Below, one piece after another: positions 25,376 through 38,397 of a stretch of 64,000 bases of DNA. A program made the position numbers and the translations under genes. How positions within the stretch are numbered: the first letter of the stretch is position 1; every line of letters begins with the position of its first letter. Below the pieces are notes generated by a model. The model ran no database searches. It saw only the letters and a list, made by a program, of their open reading frames with translations, and had not been told where the DNA came from. Source of the DNA: Squalus acanthias (taxonomy: Eukaryota); NCBI GenBank assembly GCA_030390025.1, contig CM059433.1:22198001-22262000 (forward strand), given 5' to 3'.

Positions 25376-26682
25376 GGGGGTGTTAAATTGGCTAGCCCCT
25401 GAAAATGGGCACAGGGATCGCGATGCGCAACTAACCCGCGCCTATTAAGTGGAATGCAAACAGCACGGCAACTTGGTGCTGCCTGCTCATTATAATGATT
25501 TCTGTGAGCAGCTAGAGCTCCCCATGCTGTTCATTGGCTGCACACATCAGCAGGGGGCCCAATATCGTCAGTGCCTAGCACTACTTAAATCTAGCCTGCA
25601 CCTCTTAAAGGGGAGGTGCATTGTGGCTGCTGGTGTTGCTGAGATCATTCTGAATATTGTACTGTGAAAGAATCAACAATAGCACACCCTGGCTGCCACA
25701 TGATGCACCAGGTTGGCACCACCCCACACCAACACCATAAAGCCTCCCTACAGTGCCCAAGCCACTCCTTTCACACTCATCACTATTGCGGGGGGTACCG
25801 TTATGTCTCACCAATCACTGCAACTCACTAAGCCACTTCCAAAGGTGCACACAAATCTGCCCAAGAACACAAAGTGTTGAAAATAAAGATATCAATGTTT
25901 GACACCACATTAACAGAAACTTCACATGACCATTGCATAAAACACCCAACTGCCTACCCTTGTGTGTTGTTAGTTGGTATGCTTGCAGTAGGATGAGGGT
26001 GAGTGTGAGGGGTGGCTAGTGAGATGGGGAAGTGATAATGTAGATAGAGAGGGATGGGTGGAGGTGCAAGGTAAGTTAGTGTGAGTAAAGATGTGCAGGA
26101 GTGGGGTAGGGAAGGCAGAGTGATGGGGATGTGATGAATGGCACAGCAGGATGAGGTTGAGTGTGGCTTGGCAGTAACGTTTTGTGATCTACTGAGATCA
26201 TTGAAAGGTTTGCGCCACTGCAGCCAGGTCCTCCTGATGACATCCCTGCTTGTGTCCTCCTGTACAATGTGCAACCAGGCTGTGTTGGTCTCCTGGGGTG
26301 GTGTCTTCCACCCATTGGAAGGGAAGAGAACCTCCCTGCGTGCTGTGACTCCCTCCATAAGCATATGGAGGGAGTCATGGGAGAGCTTGGGTGCAGCCGT
26401 GGTCCTCTGTGCAGTGCTTGTCAATGTTTGCAGCACCTCAATGCTGTAGAACACTGACAGCACAACTGTCAAAAACAATTTGGACATGTCCCCTTTAAGG
26501 AAACTAGCTGATGACGCGTCATCAAATGGACGGCATCAAACCTGCTTCCTTTTAATTGGCTGGGAATCTCGCTGGGCGGGCTTAACAAGCCCAATCAATG
26601 GAAAAGCACTTGGAGAGAGCGGGCTGGAGGAGGCAGAGGGCTGGGACCGTGCTACCGACCCCGGCCATCGAAATCGCAGCCC
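25376..26682 (-). mobile_element. Harbinger remnants including Myb exon 1 (~26176-26430)
   Basis: APKLSHDSLHMLMEGVTARREVLFPS..TNTAWLHIVQE..RRTWLQWRKPFNDLSRS; homologous to 60499-61350; terminus motifs at 25376 and 26670-26682. Confidence 0.8.
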
Positions 26683-26804
26683 AAATGTCTGAAACTAAAA
26701 AACAGGGCGGAATTGAAGTGCAACCTGGTTCTACCCCATTTTCCAGTCCTATGATTGGAGATTTGCCCAGTTTAACCTTGATCCGGACTGGAATTTTGTG
26801 CCTG

Positions 26805-27022
26805 TAGAATTCTACAGCACAGAAAGAGACCATTTAGCCCATTGCAACTGTGCCAGCTCTCTGAAAGAGCTATCTACTTAGTCCCATTCCACTGCCCTAT
26901 CCCCGTACCCTTTTACATTTTATTCTTTTAAATAAGTATGAACTTCCCTTTTAATAACTATTATGGATTCTGTTTCCACCAACGTTTCTGGTAGGGCACT
27001 CTATGTCCTAAGAACCCTCTAC
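26805..27022 (-). mobile_element. Old CR1 3' UTR remnant
   Basis: Similar to the reverse complement of 49400-49597 (acagcacagaaagag.ccatt..gtgccagctctc). Confidence 0.7.
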
Positions 27023-27034
27023 CTCTTTTAAATT

Positions 27035-27421
27035 GTCGAGTCGTCGCTGGCTTGTTCACAGATGTGATTTCCAGTAAAAAAAAGTTAAAATTTTAAAGTT
27101 TATGGTTTTCCATACAGACTGCATTTGACACATTAGACCCCCTGTGACCCCACCTCATTGTCTCAGTTGTATCTTGCTATGTCTTTGATGTGGTACCTTC
27201 CTGGCTGACCTGATTGTTTCTCTGCCAAGGTGTGACGAAAGGCAGTCAGAAGGATTAAATGGAGTCGTCTGACATTTTACGCTACACATGCATTGTTCTC
27301 TGTCTATATATGCTTTGCCGATTCGTATTCCTTCACTTCACCTGACGAAGGGGCAGCAGCTCCGAAAGCTTGTGATTTCAAATAAAACTGTTGGACTATA
27401 ACCTGGTGTTGTGCGACTTCT
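27035..27421 (+). mobile_element. Penelope 3' UTR/pLTR fragment
   Basis: CTCTTTTAAATT duplicated at 27023-27034 and 27422-27433; 27125-27170 resembles the reverse of 40148-40190; ends in the pLTR. Confidence 0.9.
27338..27375 (+). ncRNA. Minimal hammerhead ribozyme motif
   Basis: TCAC-CTGACGA-A-GGGGC(agca)GCTCC-GAAA-GC-TT-GTGA: stem I TCAC/GTGA, intact core. Confidence 0.8.
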
Positions 27422-27649
27422 CTCTTTTAAATTCAGCACTGCCAAGTGCTGCAAAAGTAATAAGATGTCCAAATATAGAGCAGCCTTGGTGCTTTCCCCC
27501 CACCTTTGATAAAGCTTATCAAACTGCTTTGAGCCAAAAACTTTAAGGCCATCAAGGTAAATGAGAAGGTCTGACTCTAAAAATGTTCGTGGCACCTGAG
27601 GGCTCATTTTCTGAGTACAGTGAGCCTCACCACCCATTCCCCATGCCAC

Positions 27650-27900
27650 CACTAACTGTTCCAACCTCTCCTCATAACTGAAGTCCCTCATCCTTGGTAA
27701 CATCCTGGTAAACCTCCTCTGTACCTTTTCTAAGGCCTTTCCATCTTTCCTGAAGCGTGGTGCCCAGAACTGTTCACAATACTCCAGCTGAGGCCTAACC
27801 AGTGATTTATAAAGTTCTAGCATGATCTCTTTGTTTTATTTTCTATGCCTCGATTTATAAACCCAAGTAACCCATATGCTTTTTTAACCACCTTATCAAG
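27650..27900 (-). mobile_element. CR1 ORF2 fragment
   Basis: MLELYKSLVRPQLEYCEQFWAPRFRKD..LEKVQRRFTRMLP. Confidence 0.9.
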
Positions 27901-27919
27901 AAGTCCCCGTACAACTCCT

Positions 27920-28236
27920 AGTCTGCATTGAGTTAGCTTATCTCATCCAGGGTAATGGTGAAGGTACCACAATTGTCCTTGAGGTAGGAAGTGGAAAATA
28001 TCAGATAGCAATCTTGCTTCTGATCGCTAACCAGTGAGCCCTGATGGAAAATGTATGTGCGTAATGACAGCAAGTAAGGAAGGACAGGGTAAGGTCAGGC
28101 TGTTATGCTCCTTACATTCAAATAGCTTGCCAACACCCTGGGCTCGCATTTGAAGAATGGCCACTTTGGCAATATGCCGCAGAGATGCTGGCGCCTGTGG
28201 AGTTGTCTTGCAGCAACAGTCAGTACCTTTTGGGGA
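27920..28236 (+). repeat. Probable old SINE-like repeat
   Basis: Motifs gagttagct.atctca, tgatcgcta.ccagtga and tgaagaatggccact recalled from an abundant shark repeat; there is no second copy in this window to confirm it. Confidence 0.4.
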
Positions 28237-29091
28237 TTGGAAAAAGAGATATTTTTAAGTGCTGGTATTGTTGAAAAGATCTATAGGCGTGTTTCCGCTA
28301 TGTGGAGAGATGGGCCTTAGAATTCTGTGGGAGCTTTCCTGTCATAACTCTGGTAGGGTTGCCACCTTTTATTGAGGGTGTCAGCACCCTCCTGTTGGAG
28401 CTATGACGAGAGACTGGGAGAGCTACCAGGGTAATGGTGTCCGGCAAGTGCTGGAACTCTTTGGAGTAGCTGGAAGGTGACTTGAATACGAACAGTTATG
28501 CACAAGGAAACAAAGGCTTGTGCAAGGACTGAAGGAAAGTTGTCACAATCACTTTAAGTGAAAGCAGGAGTCCATACAGACTGTGCTGGTGGACTGAAAA
28601 CATTTTTAGTAAGGTGAGGCCTAATAACGATTGCTAAGCTGTTTTATTTTACAGCTAGCAAGTGAACACACAGACTAACAGTTGTAATCAATTCCATCTT
28701 AATCCAACTTCTTTCAGAACAAGAAAATATTAAAAGTACACCATACTATTCCTATTAATGGGTTCATTTAACATTTCCCGGTTAGCCTTCTGGTCCTAAT
28801 ATCTGGTCTTGAGATGAATGAGTTTCCTTTCAGCCAGAGTCCCTTCCCAGAGCTAACTGGTTGACTGACATTATGGGGAAGATTTTGAGGTCACCCACCC
28901 ATCTACGAGGTGGTAGAATCCCCAAAACAGTGACTTACTGACGCACTTTCTTCAACAGTGTTGCTATCCCTGTCTTCTTTGTGGCCTACTGCTAGGAAGC
29001 CTGCCTGAGGCAGGTGGTAGGCCCTTTTAATATGCAAATTTTGGGTCCTATAACATACATAGGACCCTGATTGCAATTTTAGAACAGTATT

Positions 29092-29592
29092 GTCAGCCGT
29101 GCCTCAGTGGGTAGCACACTTGCCCCTCAGTCAGAAGCTTGTGGGTTTAAGTCCCACTCCGGAGACTTGAACACATAAAGCTAAGCTGACACTCCAGTGC
29201 AGTGCTGAGGGAGTGCTGCACTGTCGGATGTGCCGTCTTTCGGATGAGACGTTAAACCGAGGCCCCGTCTGCTCTCTCAGGTGGACGTAAAAGATCCCAT
29301 GGCACTATTTCGAAGAAGAGTAGGGGAGTTATCCCCAGTGTCCTGGCCAATATTTATCCCTCAACCAACATCACTAAAACAGATTATCTGGTCATTATCA
29401 CATTGCTGTTTGTGGGAGCTTGCTGTGTGCAAATTGGCTGCCGCATTTCCCACAATAAAGGAATGGGGATATATGTCCTACATTACAACAGTGACTCCAC
29501 TTCAAAAGTACTTCATTGTCCGTAAAGCGCTTTGAGGCATCTGGTAGTCGTGAAAGGCGCTATATAAATGCAAGTCTTTCTTTTCTTTCTTT
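29092..29592 (+). mobile_element. Full-length tRNA-derived Deu-domain SINE with L2-like tail
   Basis: A/B-box head; Deu domain (GATCCCATGGCACTATTTCGAAG..TTGCTGTTTGTGGGAGCTTGCTGTGTGCAAATTGGCTGCC); tail GGCGCTATATAAATGCAAG(TCTT)n. Confidence 0.93.
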
Positions 29593-30336
29593 AATGAGTG
29601 GCCAGTGCATGATGCTCACTCTGGACAGTTTCAGCTGGTAATCCAGCTGAAGAGGGGCCCAGAAGGTAAGTTTTGATTTGTTTTCCTGGGGCTGGGAGGA
29701 GCAGGAGTGCTACTCCAGGCTCTACAGAAACAAGCTGGGCTGCTGCTGCTCTTACCACTAACCCCGGAACGACCTTTTTCCGGTCCGGAGAACAGCCAGA
29801 TATTGCAGCAGCCCAGAGCCGATGGGCTGCCCCAGGCTGCTCGGTTTCCACCCGCAGCCCATCAACCCTCTGTTAATGAGGCTCAGCCATCAAAATGGAC
29901 CAGACCTATTGGACTATTGAGCAGCCGATAGGCGCACTTTGCTGGCTGGTCACTCAAATACTGTCCGGGGGAAATATATCCCTATGTCTCTTCTGTGCTT
30001 TTCTCTCCCTGTATTCACAGGAACTGGAAGAACGGTGCCTGCTGACTCCTTCCCCATTCCGGGATTCACCAGTGGGGCTGTAAACTAGACCAATTACCCT
30101 CTCTCCTAAGAGTATATACTCAGCAGACACTTCATGTTAAGTCACATTGAATAGAATCAACCTCACTATAATCGGTGCAGATGTTTGATAGGCCATTTGA
30201 AATGAGATAATAAATTGCTTATTCTGCCCAGTTGTTGCGGAAATCTCTTCAACAACTGGCTCATTAACACCTCAAACCCCACTTCTCTCTCAGTGGCTGC
30301 AGCCTGTGAATCTTTAAACGTGTGCAACTTCACATT

Positions 30337-31009
30337 GGGCCTGAATTTGCAGTCGGAGGCTTCCCGCAGGGAAATGCCTCCAATCCGCAAATAAAATCCG
30401 TGCCTACCTTCTGGCTCGGGATCCACGGAGACTCGCGCTCCTGGTCCTCGATGCGTAGACATGCGTAGAGGCCCACGTGCCCCAGGCGGTTTCGCAAGCG
30501 CCCCATAGATCACGTGGGCCAGCCCATCCAATGAAAGAAGGGGGATCCCCATTCATGCTTATGGGGATTCCGTAAGCATGAATGGGGATCACAGAAAAAA
30601 TACATTTACATACCAAATAAATAAAAAAAATTACATCTTTAAAATTAATGAAAATACAATTTAATTAAACATTTAAAACAAAAATTTAATTTTTAGAAAA
30701 ATAAATTTAAACCTTTTAAAGGGGCTAAAAAGAACCTTAAACTTATTTTACAGATGTTTTAATGTTTAAATAATTGAAAAAAAATTATTTTTATATTCAT
30801 TTAAACTCTTATGCTGGTAAAAGCAGGCCTTACGCAAATAGCGCAAATCTCCGCCCTGCGGAGGCCCTTTTCCCGGGGACGGCTACGATCTGTCAAGAAG
30901 ATTCTCAAGTCACAGGTTTTCACGCAAGCATGAAAACCCGGAACTAGCGGGGCCCTTACGGGTGCACACGCACGGTGTACGCACATGTAAGCATCGGAAA
31001 ATACAGGCC
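30337..31009 (+). mobile_element. MITE family A copy 2
   Basis: GGGCCTGAATTTGC ... GGAAAATACAGGCC; ATT on both flanks (30334-30336, 31010-31012). Confidence 0.85.
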
Positions 31010-31489
31010 ATTGTTTTAAAAAATTACACTTAAATCCCAAATCCCTCAGAGCTTCTCCCATTCCACTACACATCCGGTGAAGTTACAGCCAAGGTTTGGG
31101 AGCGGCTCTGAGGTATTTCCAGTCAAGGTCGTATGGGTTAAAATTTTCCTCTGCTAATTTTCATGTAATGGTCCTCTGTGGCCTTGCTGTCTGTCCATCT
31201 CAGACCCTCCAATCTGAGCAGTCGGGGCAAAAGGCCTTCTGCCAATTCTTTCTGGGTGTCCTTTTTAATGGGTACCCACCTAACGATTACACAGCAAAAC
31301 GAGGCAGCAGTGGCCATTATGTCCCTTGCACCTCATTTGCAAGCTGGATCTGCTGTAAGAAGCCCCAGAAGAACACAAAGGGGATGAAGGCGCGGCATCA
31401 CGGGTCTCTGCTTTGCCCTCAGGAGCTGAATGTTCCCTGCGTGCAAAGCAGAGGAAAATCAGCCCTATTATTAAGGCACATCATAACTG

Positions 31490-32060
31490 CCTAGTCAAAT
31501 CAAAATGTATTTTACTCCACAAGATCATTGACTGATGCAAATTTATTCAATCCATCTGAGCTTACCCATCATAATGACATTGTCATCCCCCACCATGGCA
31601 TTCTACTGCTTTTTAAGTAATTTCTGGGTTTTCACCTCCGCTACTTTAGCCAGAAGTGCACTGTATGTGTTGACCTCTATTTTGGTAGTTTGAGCTTGTG
31701 TCCCCTTGTCCTCTGATGCCAACGATCAGTCTCATGACCCTTCTCTCAAACATCTCCTGATAATCAATTCCATTAATTTACATGGTATTGATGTAAGACT
31801 AATTGATCTGCAGTTGCCTCGATCTGTTTTGTCATCCATTTTATAATTTAGCACCACTTCAGCCTGTTTCTAATCTACCAGCACCTCCCCAGTGTTAATT
31901 GACTCCCTCATAATGATTGTCAATGCCTCACAAATCTCACCCTTTGTATTTCCTGGTACTCAGGGATAAGTAACATCCTTTTGTTCCGAGACCCATTAGC
32001 TTGTCTAGGACTGCCATCTCATTTATGTTAAAGCCATTAGTTTTACATGGTTTACCATTA
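31490..32060 (-). mobile_element. Old CR1 fragments
   Basis: Degraded RT-region remnants (INEMAVLDKLMGL; GNCRSISLTSIPCK-like) on the minus strand. Confidence 0.6.
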
Positions 32061-32785
32061 CTTAGGGAGGCTATGTTGCTCATTTTTTTCCCGAGTGAAT
32101 TCTTGAAGGAAGCAATCATTTTAGAATCCATATGAGAGCTGGAATTTAGTTTGAAGAACCAAAGTATCACAGTAGAAAGCATTGCATAGCAGTGACAGAA
32201 GTGAACAGTAAAAATTCATATATCGGGTGTTTGGGTTGTTCAAAAGAATCCTCTAAATTAAATGGAACACGAGTGGTGAAGTACAGGAAGAAAACAAGCG
32301 GAGAGAGGAAAGGCTGAGGTGCCTCCAAGACTTTTATTGTTCTGTTAATTAGGGTCGATATTTGGTGTGAACCAGTTTTAAATTATGCATTGCTAATTTT
32401 GGCATACATGCAGGATCCCACCAGTGAGGGGTGTGTACACATAGGGAAATAGTTCACCAAGCAGCACAGCACTCGGGCGGGTGAGAATTTACAGTAGATT
32501 TTTGAGGGGGATGGGAGTAAAAAGAGATAAAGCTGAGGTTGTAGAAAACAGAAGAGGAAAAAGGTAAATGTAAATCTATGCTGGCTTCATAAAGCAATAA
32601 TAAAAGAGATACAGCATAGATAAATAATTCAAGTGTAACCACCTAACACTGTGTTTATTTGCATCTTCAGAGCTTTTATTGATTTTATGTTTTTACACTG
32701 CTGTCTTTGCAAGGCCCTCTCATGGTTACAACAGGATTACATATCACTACCACCAGTGGGGTGAATTTTGGATTCTCAGCCTTCA

Positions 32786-33845
32786 GAGGTCATTTTCAGG
32801 TTGGCAAACTGTAACTAGTGGGGTGCCACAGGGATCAGTGCTGGGGCCTCAACTATTTACAACCTATATTAATGACTTGGACGAAGGGACCGAGTGTACT
32901 GTAGCCAAATTTGCTGATGATACAAAGATAGGTGGGAAAGCAAGTTGTGAGGAGAACAAGAGTCTGCAAAGGGATATAGATAGGTTAAGTGAGTGGGCAA
33001 GAATGTGGCAGCTGGAGTATAACGTGGGAAAATGTGAGGTTATCCACTTTGGTAGGAAAAATAAAAAAGCGAATTATTATTTAAATGAAGAGAGACGACA
33101 AAATGCTGCGGTACAGAGGGATTTGGGTGTCCTCGTACATGAAACACAAAAAGTTAACATACAGGTACAGCAAGTAATTAGGAAGGCAAATGGAATGTTG
33201 GCCCTTATTGCAAGGGGGATGAAGTATAAAAGTAGGGAAGTCTTGCTACAACTGTACAGGGCACTGGTGAGACCACACCTGGAGTACTGCGTACAGTTTT
33301 GGTCTCCTTATTTAAGGAGGGATATACTTGCATTGGAGGCAGTTCAGAGAAGGTTCACTAGGTTGATTCCTGAGTTGAAGGGGTTGTCTTATAAAGAAAG
33401 GTTGAGCAGGTTGGGCCTATACTCATTGGAGTTTAGAAGAATGAGAGGTGATCTTATTGAAATATATAAGATTCTGAGGGGGCTTGATGGGCTAAATGCA
33501 GGGAGGATGTTTCCCCTAGTGGGGGAATCTAGAACTAGGGGGCATAGTTTCAGAATAAGGGGTCGCCCATTTAAGACCGAGATGAGGAGGAATTTCTTCT
33601 CTCAGAGGGTCGTGAATCTTTGGAATTTTCTACCCCAGAGAGCTGTGGAGGCGGAGTCATTGAATATATTCAAGGTGGAGATAGACAGATATTTGAGCTA
33701 CAGGGGAGTCAAGGGTTATGGGGAGTGGGAGGGAAAGTGGAGTTGAGGCCAAGATCAGATCAGCCATGATCTTATTGAATGGCGGAGCAGGCTCGAGGGG
33801 CCAAATTACCTACTTATGCTCCTATTTCTTATGTTCATTATGTTC
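32786..33845 (+). mobile_element. CR1 LINE, 5'-truncated, open ORF2 end
   Basis: SGVPQGSVLGP, KFADDTKI, LVRPHLEYCVQFWSP through to the stop at 33746; 3' UTR and (TTATGTTC) tail. Confidence 0.97.
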
Positions 33846-34389
33846 AACCATCTCCAGTATCCTACTCCAATCGTGGCAGCTGATAGAGGACAGGTAAAAT
33901 CTTGGCCTCAGGTGATGCCACATGTGCGGGGTTGATTGACAAGTGAAAACTGCTCAGCTTGGATCTGTCCTTCAGACAGAGACTGTTTGTGTGTAGGGGG
34001 AAGGGGAATCTTTCAGAGAAAATTTGAATGAAAAGGCACATGGTAAAGGCTGTGGTGGTATCTTTTATATACAGTGAAAACAAAATGATGAGCAAAAGTC
34101 CACAGCGCAGGACAACAGCAAAATTGAAAAGGATAGGAAAGAAGATACATTCATTAAAACAAATCAAGAAACAGTTGTTAGGTTTGCCAGACTTGCATTT
34201 TAAAAGCTGGTAGATTATAAGGATTTTAAGTAAAGATATTCCATAGATTTTTTGGCATGATAACAAACCTTGGTTTATTGTGAAACAAAATATGGGGTTA
34301 GGCCCTCACCACTGCCTAACGTGATCCCAATCATAGCTGTCCTAATGCAGTGAGCTCATCTCCCGAATGGCTTTACATTCTGCCTCCAT

Positions 34390-34626
34390 ATCAGGTATGC
34401 CTCAAGGTGCCATCCTTAACTTCTTCCTTTTCTTGTCTACATGCTATTCCTTGGCAATATAATTTGCAAATATGGAATCAGCTTTCACATGTATGCTGAT
34501 GATACCCATCTTCACCTATCTGCCACCTTCATGCCTTCACCATAACTGTGCTTTCTGACTTCTTAGATGACATTAAGTCTGGGATGAGCAAGAATTCACT
34601 TCAATATTAGCAAGACTAAAGCATAT
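34390..34626 (+). mobile_element. L2 RT fragment truncated by a Harbinger insertion
   Basis: GMPQGAIL..FHMYADDTHL..NISKTKA. Confidence 0.8.
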
Positions 34627-37285
34627 GGGGGCTAAATTGGGCCATGTAGCACCCGTTTTTTAGACGCTAGTTGGCCAAATAAGAATCGAAAATGGGGTCC
34701 GAAATGCCCACGCACACTTCCGATGGGAAGTGCGCTGGACGCCAACTTGATGAAGGGGTTTATAGGCATGCGCCTAACAACCGCTGGCAGCATGCAGGGC
34801 AGTGAGATGATGATGCAAATGAGTGTGCAACTGATTTGAAGACACCACTGCCATTTTCCAACTTCCACTCCAGCCTACGGCCTGTCTTAAACTTGTACAG
34901 CTGAACATGAACGCCCATCTCAATTGGGTCAGGACTCTGGTGGGGCTCTGACCGAGGGCTTTGCAGTGGCATGGTTGTGTGAGCGCTTGGAGAGGAGCCC
35001 CCACTTCCTTGTTGTCTGCCACCAACATCCCTCTCATGGGTCAGCCCCACTTCAGAGCTAGTAAGTGGCTTGACAGCACCTTGCTGCAATTCAGGGGGGC
35101 TATGAGGACCCGTTTCTGCACTGGAAGTCCTACTCCAGAGGACTTCCATGAAGGTCTGGTTTCGATGCTCAATAGATGACCATCACTCCTCAAGAGATGT
35201 CCATCTATTCTGAACAATGACCATGTTTTCAAGACCCTGACGACTAAGCTCCTCCATGGCCGTAGCCATCCTCTCCTCTATAGTAGCCAGCCTTACCATG
35301 GAGTTAGCCATCCTTTCCACGGAGGTTGCCATCCTTTCCGCGGTGATGCGTTCATGCGCCAATGCCTCCACAAAGGCTCTGCTCATGTTCGCGATGGACT
35401 CCTCCATTCGCTTCACACTCGCAGCGACCCTGGTGACAAAACCTACCAGAGACTCCTGCACCTGATCATAAGCCAATCTGTTAGAGCATCAGAATCATTG
35501 GCCCAGAAATTAAAGACTGAGTGTTGACGCGGGGGTAAGGCTTCCCTGCGATATCTCACTCCGCGCCTTCCTTTTTCCTCCGGGCCCACACAAACTTTAG
35601 TTTCAAAGCTGCAGCTGTGCAGTGCTTGCGTGACCCAGAGACGGAGTTAGTTCGTGCGAGCTCTGGGATCACGTGATTCAGTTAGAGCCAATGGCAGCAC
35701 ACCATCTTTCATTCATAGTTTTAACAGCAAGGGCTGTCAAAGCTATGAATCTTACACACCCCCAAAAGAACAGCTAAACCTCAATTAAATTAAAAAAAAG
35801 CCATCACATTAATAAAATAAGTATAGTTAAATAAATTAACCACTTTAAACAAAAAATTGAATTTTTGAAAAATTTTAAATCTTTTTAAAAGTTATAAAAA
35901 TAAACTTACCTTTCTTTAAAGTCTCTAAAAAAGATAAACCTGTTGAAAAAAATTTAAAATAATACTTAATTAACTACTTACCTTGTTAAAAGAGGGTCTT
36001 ACGCCTCCTTTCTTTATGTGTAAAATCTTCCATGCTTACCTGCGCGTTCAAAGCACTAAGTGCACTGCGTGCGCGCAGCCTGTAGCGCGCACGCGGTTCA
36101 CCTAGGAACTGCCCCCTTTTGAATTCACAAAGTGCCGGTTTCCCGCGCATGCGCAGTGCATGCTGGAAACCGGCAATTGGAGACCTAAAACGCGAGAGTA
36201 CACAGTGCATACTCTCGCGTATTAGGTCTAATTTTCGGGCCAATATCAGTGACTCATGCAATGTCAATGAGAGAGATGCCAAACTATTTTGTCACCAGCT
36301 TGCTGTGATGCGCCTGTCTGTCCGTCCCCCATTTGGGAATCCTCCTCGATCCCGGCGATTTCCAGGGCCGCCTCCTCCCAGGCGGTGAGCTGGGTTACTG
36401 AGGGTGGCCCTCCTCCTGTCATGGCTCTTTCCCTCTTATTGTGGGCTATCTTTTCCTGCAATGAGGGACACAAGTGGAATTTGAGTGAAAATGAAGGAGT
36501 GAGTGTAGAGAATGCATAGCATAGATGCTTAGAAGGAGACAAAGGGCCTTCTGTGTGTTGTAAGTTGTTGTTGTTGTTGCATCACAGTGATAGGGGGTGT
36601 GAGGGCTACATGGTAGAATAGTTAAGTGAATGTGACCATAGAGAGAGAGGTAATGGGTAGGTGTGCAGGGAAGTAAGTGTCAAGTGGGATGTGGAGGAAG
36701 AGGTTAGCAAAGCAGAGTGCTGGTGAGGAGAGGCGATGGGGATCAGATTGAGGGAGATGGGAAAGTCATACTCACTTTTCCTGTGTGGAGTAGGTCATGA
36801 AACCTCTTCCTTCATTGCAGCCAGGTTCTGCGGCTCATTGATATGGAGTTGACCTCCTGGGCCACTTGCAGCCACACAGCTTTAGTCTGCTGGGGTGGCT
36901 TTTTTCTCCCTGAGGAAGGGAAGAGCCCCTTCTTATTCGATCTTGCTCTCTCCACCAGAGCTTGGAGGGAGGGTTCATCGAAGCGTGGAGCACACTTTTG
37001 CCTGCTGGTGGACATAGTCGATCAATGAATTCCTCACTACAATCACCAGAAAGTTTGCAGTCTCCAGAAGAAGCAAGGCTGCTTGCAGGCCTTAAATCCA
37101 GCAGCATTGATGACGTCATTGGAGGCGACTTTCTGTATGAAAAGACTCATTGGGCCAGGGATTCCCACACGCTGGAAATCAATTGCCCAATTAGGGGAAA
37201 ATCGCACTTTTTCCCTATTTCATTTCGGAGTCGGGGTCCTGACACGAATGCCACCCGGCCCGCCCACACTGGCAAAATCGAGCCC
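34627..37285 (-). mobile_element. Harbinger remnants with spliced Myb gene (exon 1 36776-37015, exon 2 36296-36455, exon 3 part ~34950-35480)
   Basis: MSTSRQKCAPRFDEPSLQALVE..KAVWLQVAQEV..RRTWLQ*RKRFHDL|GTGAGT; TTGCAG|EKIAHNKRERAMTGGG; termini GGGGGCTAAATTG and CAAAATCGAGCCC (may belong to two elements). Confidence 0.8.
35500..36241 (+). mobile_element. MITE family A-related copy 3
   Basis: GGCCCAGAAATT ... AATTTTCGGGCC termini; shares GGGATCACGTG, the AT-rich core, TAAACTTACCT and CCGGTTTC..GCATGCG with the other copies. Confidence 0.8.
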
Positions 37286-38397
37286 TTTATTCGCTTGCCG
37301 AACAAAAATAAGCAACAAGTGCTAAGCAATACTCACAACTGTGGAATACGGTTCAGAACGCGGTTTGAACAGACCATTGGTCTGGGGAGGGTCGGGAGTG
37401 TCTACCGAAATGATTCTTTCTTGTATTCATCTTTTGCCTCTCCTGACGATAGCACAATTTCCAGTTATTTTTCACCCTTGTGAAATGCCTTGGAACCTTT
37501 ACGTTCAAGGCAACATACAAGTGTAAGTTGTTGTAACTCTAATAAGGCACTAATTTCATTAAAATGGCCTTCTGTTTCCATCGCTTTCCTTTTGTACTCC
37601 TTTTTGTGAAAAGTAGGAATGCTCAGAGTGGCACTAAACACTGAATAGCCCATTAGCACTTTCTCCCAATAATCCGTTAACCTCTCCTCACATCTACTTT
37701 TTCACCAAACTTTAACACAGGATTCTCAGCCTGTATTTTATTTCTCTAACGAGCACAGAGATTGCAACTGCAGGTCCTATTGCACCAGGTGTAATTGTTT
37801 TCTTCTATTCATATCTCCATCTCATGATAGTGATATGTATTTTCTTTGTGAAAGTATTTAATGTAATGGATGCAATCTTCTTAAGAGGGAAAGAAGAATG
37901 TTGGAAAATGGAGAAACATTTAGCAAAAATGTGATCTATGCTGTATGGACTAAAGCCAGGAACTACGAGTGTTACTGTGGAAATGGCACAATAATTGAAA
38001 TATGTTAAGAGGTTATGATGTGCGTCAAGCTCAAGGATATGAATGATGTCGGTTTTTAGGTGCTATTAAACGTGAGTTATTATTGTGTCATTTTAGACAG
38101 CATCACTTATTCAGCAGAGGGTAACGACCAGTTTTGTCCGCATTTCATTGCCAGGGTGTTAAGCAGACAAGTTGTTTTGGCTCAGACATCTTTTATTGGG
38201 ATAAGGAAGCTGATTTCCAGCAGATACAATCCCACAAGTCATGAAGTAGCACTTACTACTGTATTTGTGCAAAGATTATTCAGCTTACTTCAATCTTCCC
38301 ACTTCATCATCAAACCGCGCCATTTTCTCTGTCTTTTTAGGGTGTTTCCCTGCCTAGTTTCTCATAGAGTGAAAATGCACCGAGATATGGAAACGAA

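Noticed and set aside
29092..29165. tRNA genes (also ~18405-18476 and ~62074-62150)
   Set aside because: A/B boxes continue directly into SINE bodies; these are SINE heads, not tRNAs.
32679..33746. 355-aa ORF as a gene
   Set aside because: Truncated CR1 ORF2 with a fortuitous upstream in-frame extension.
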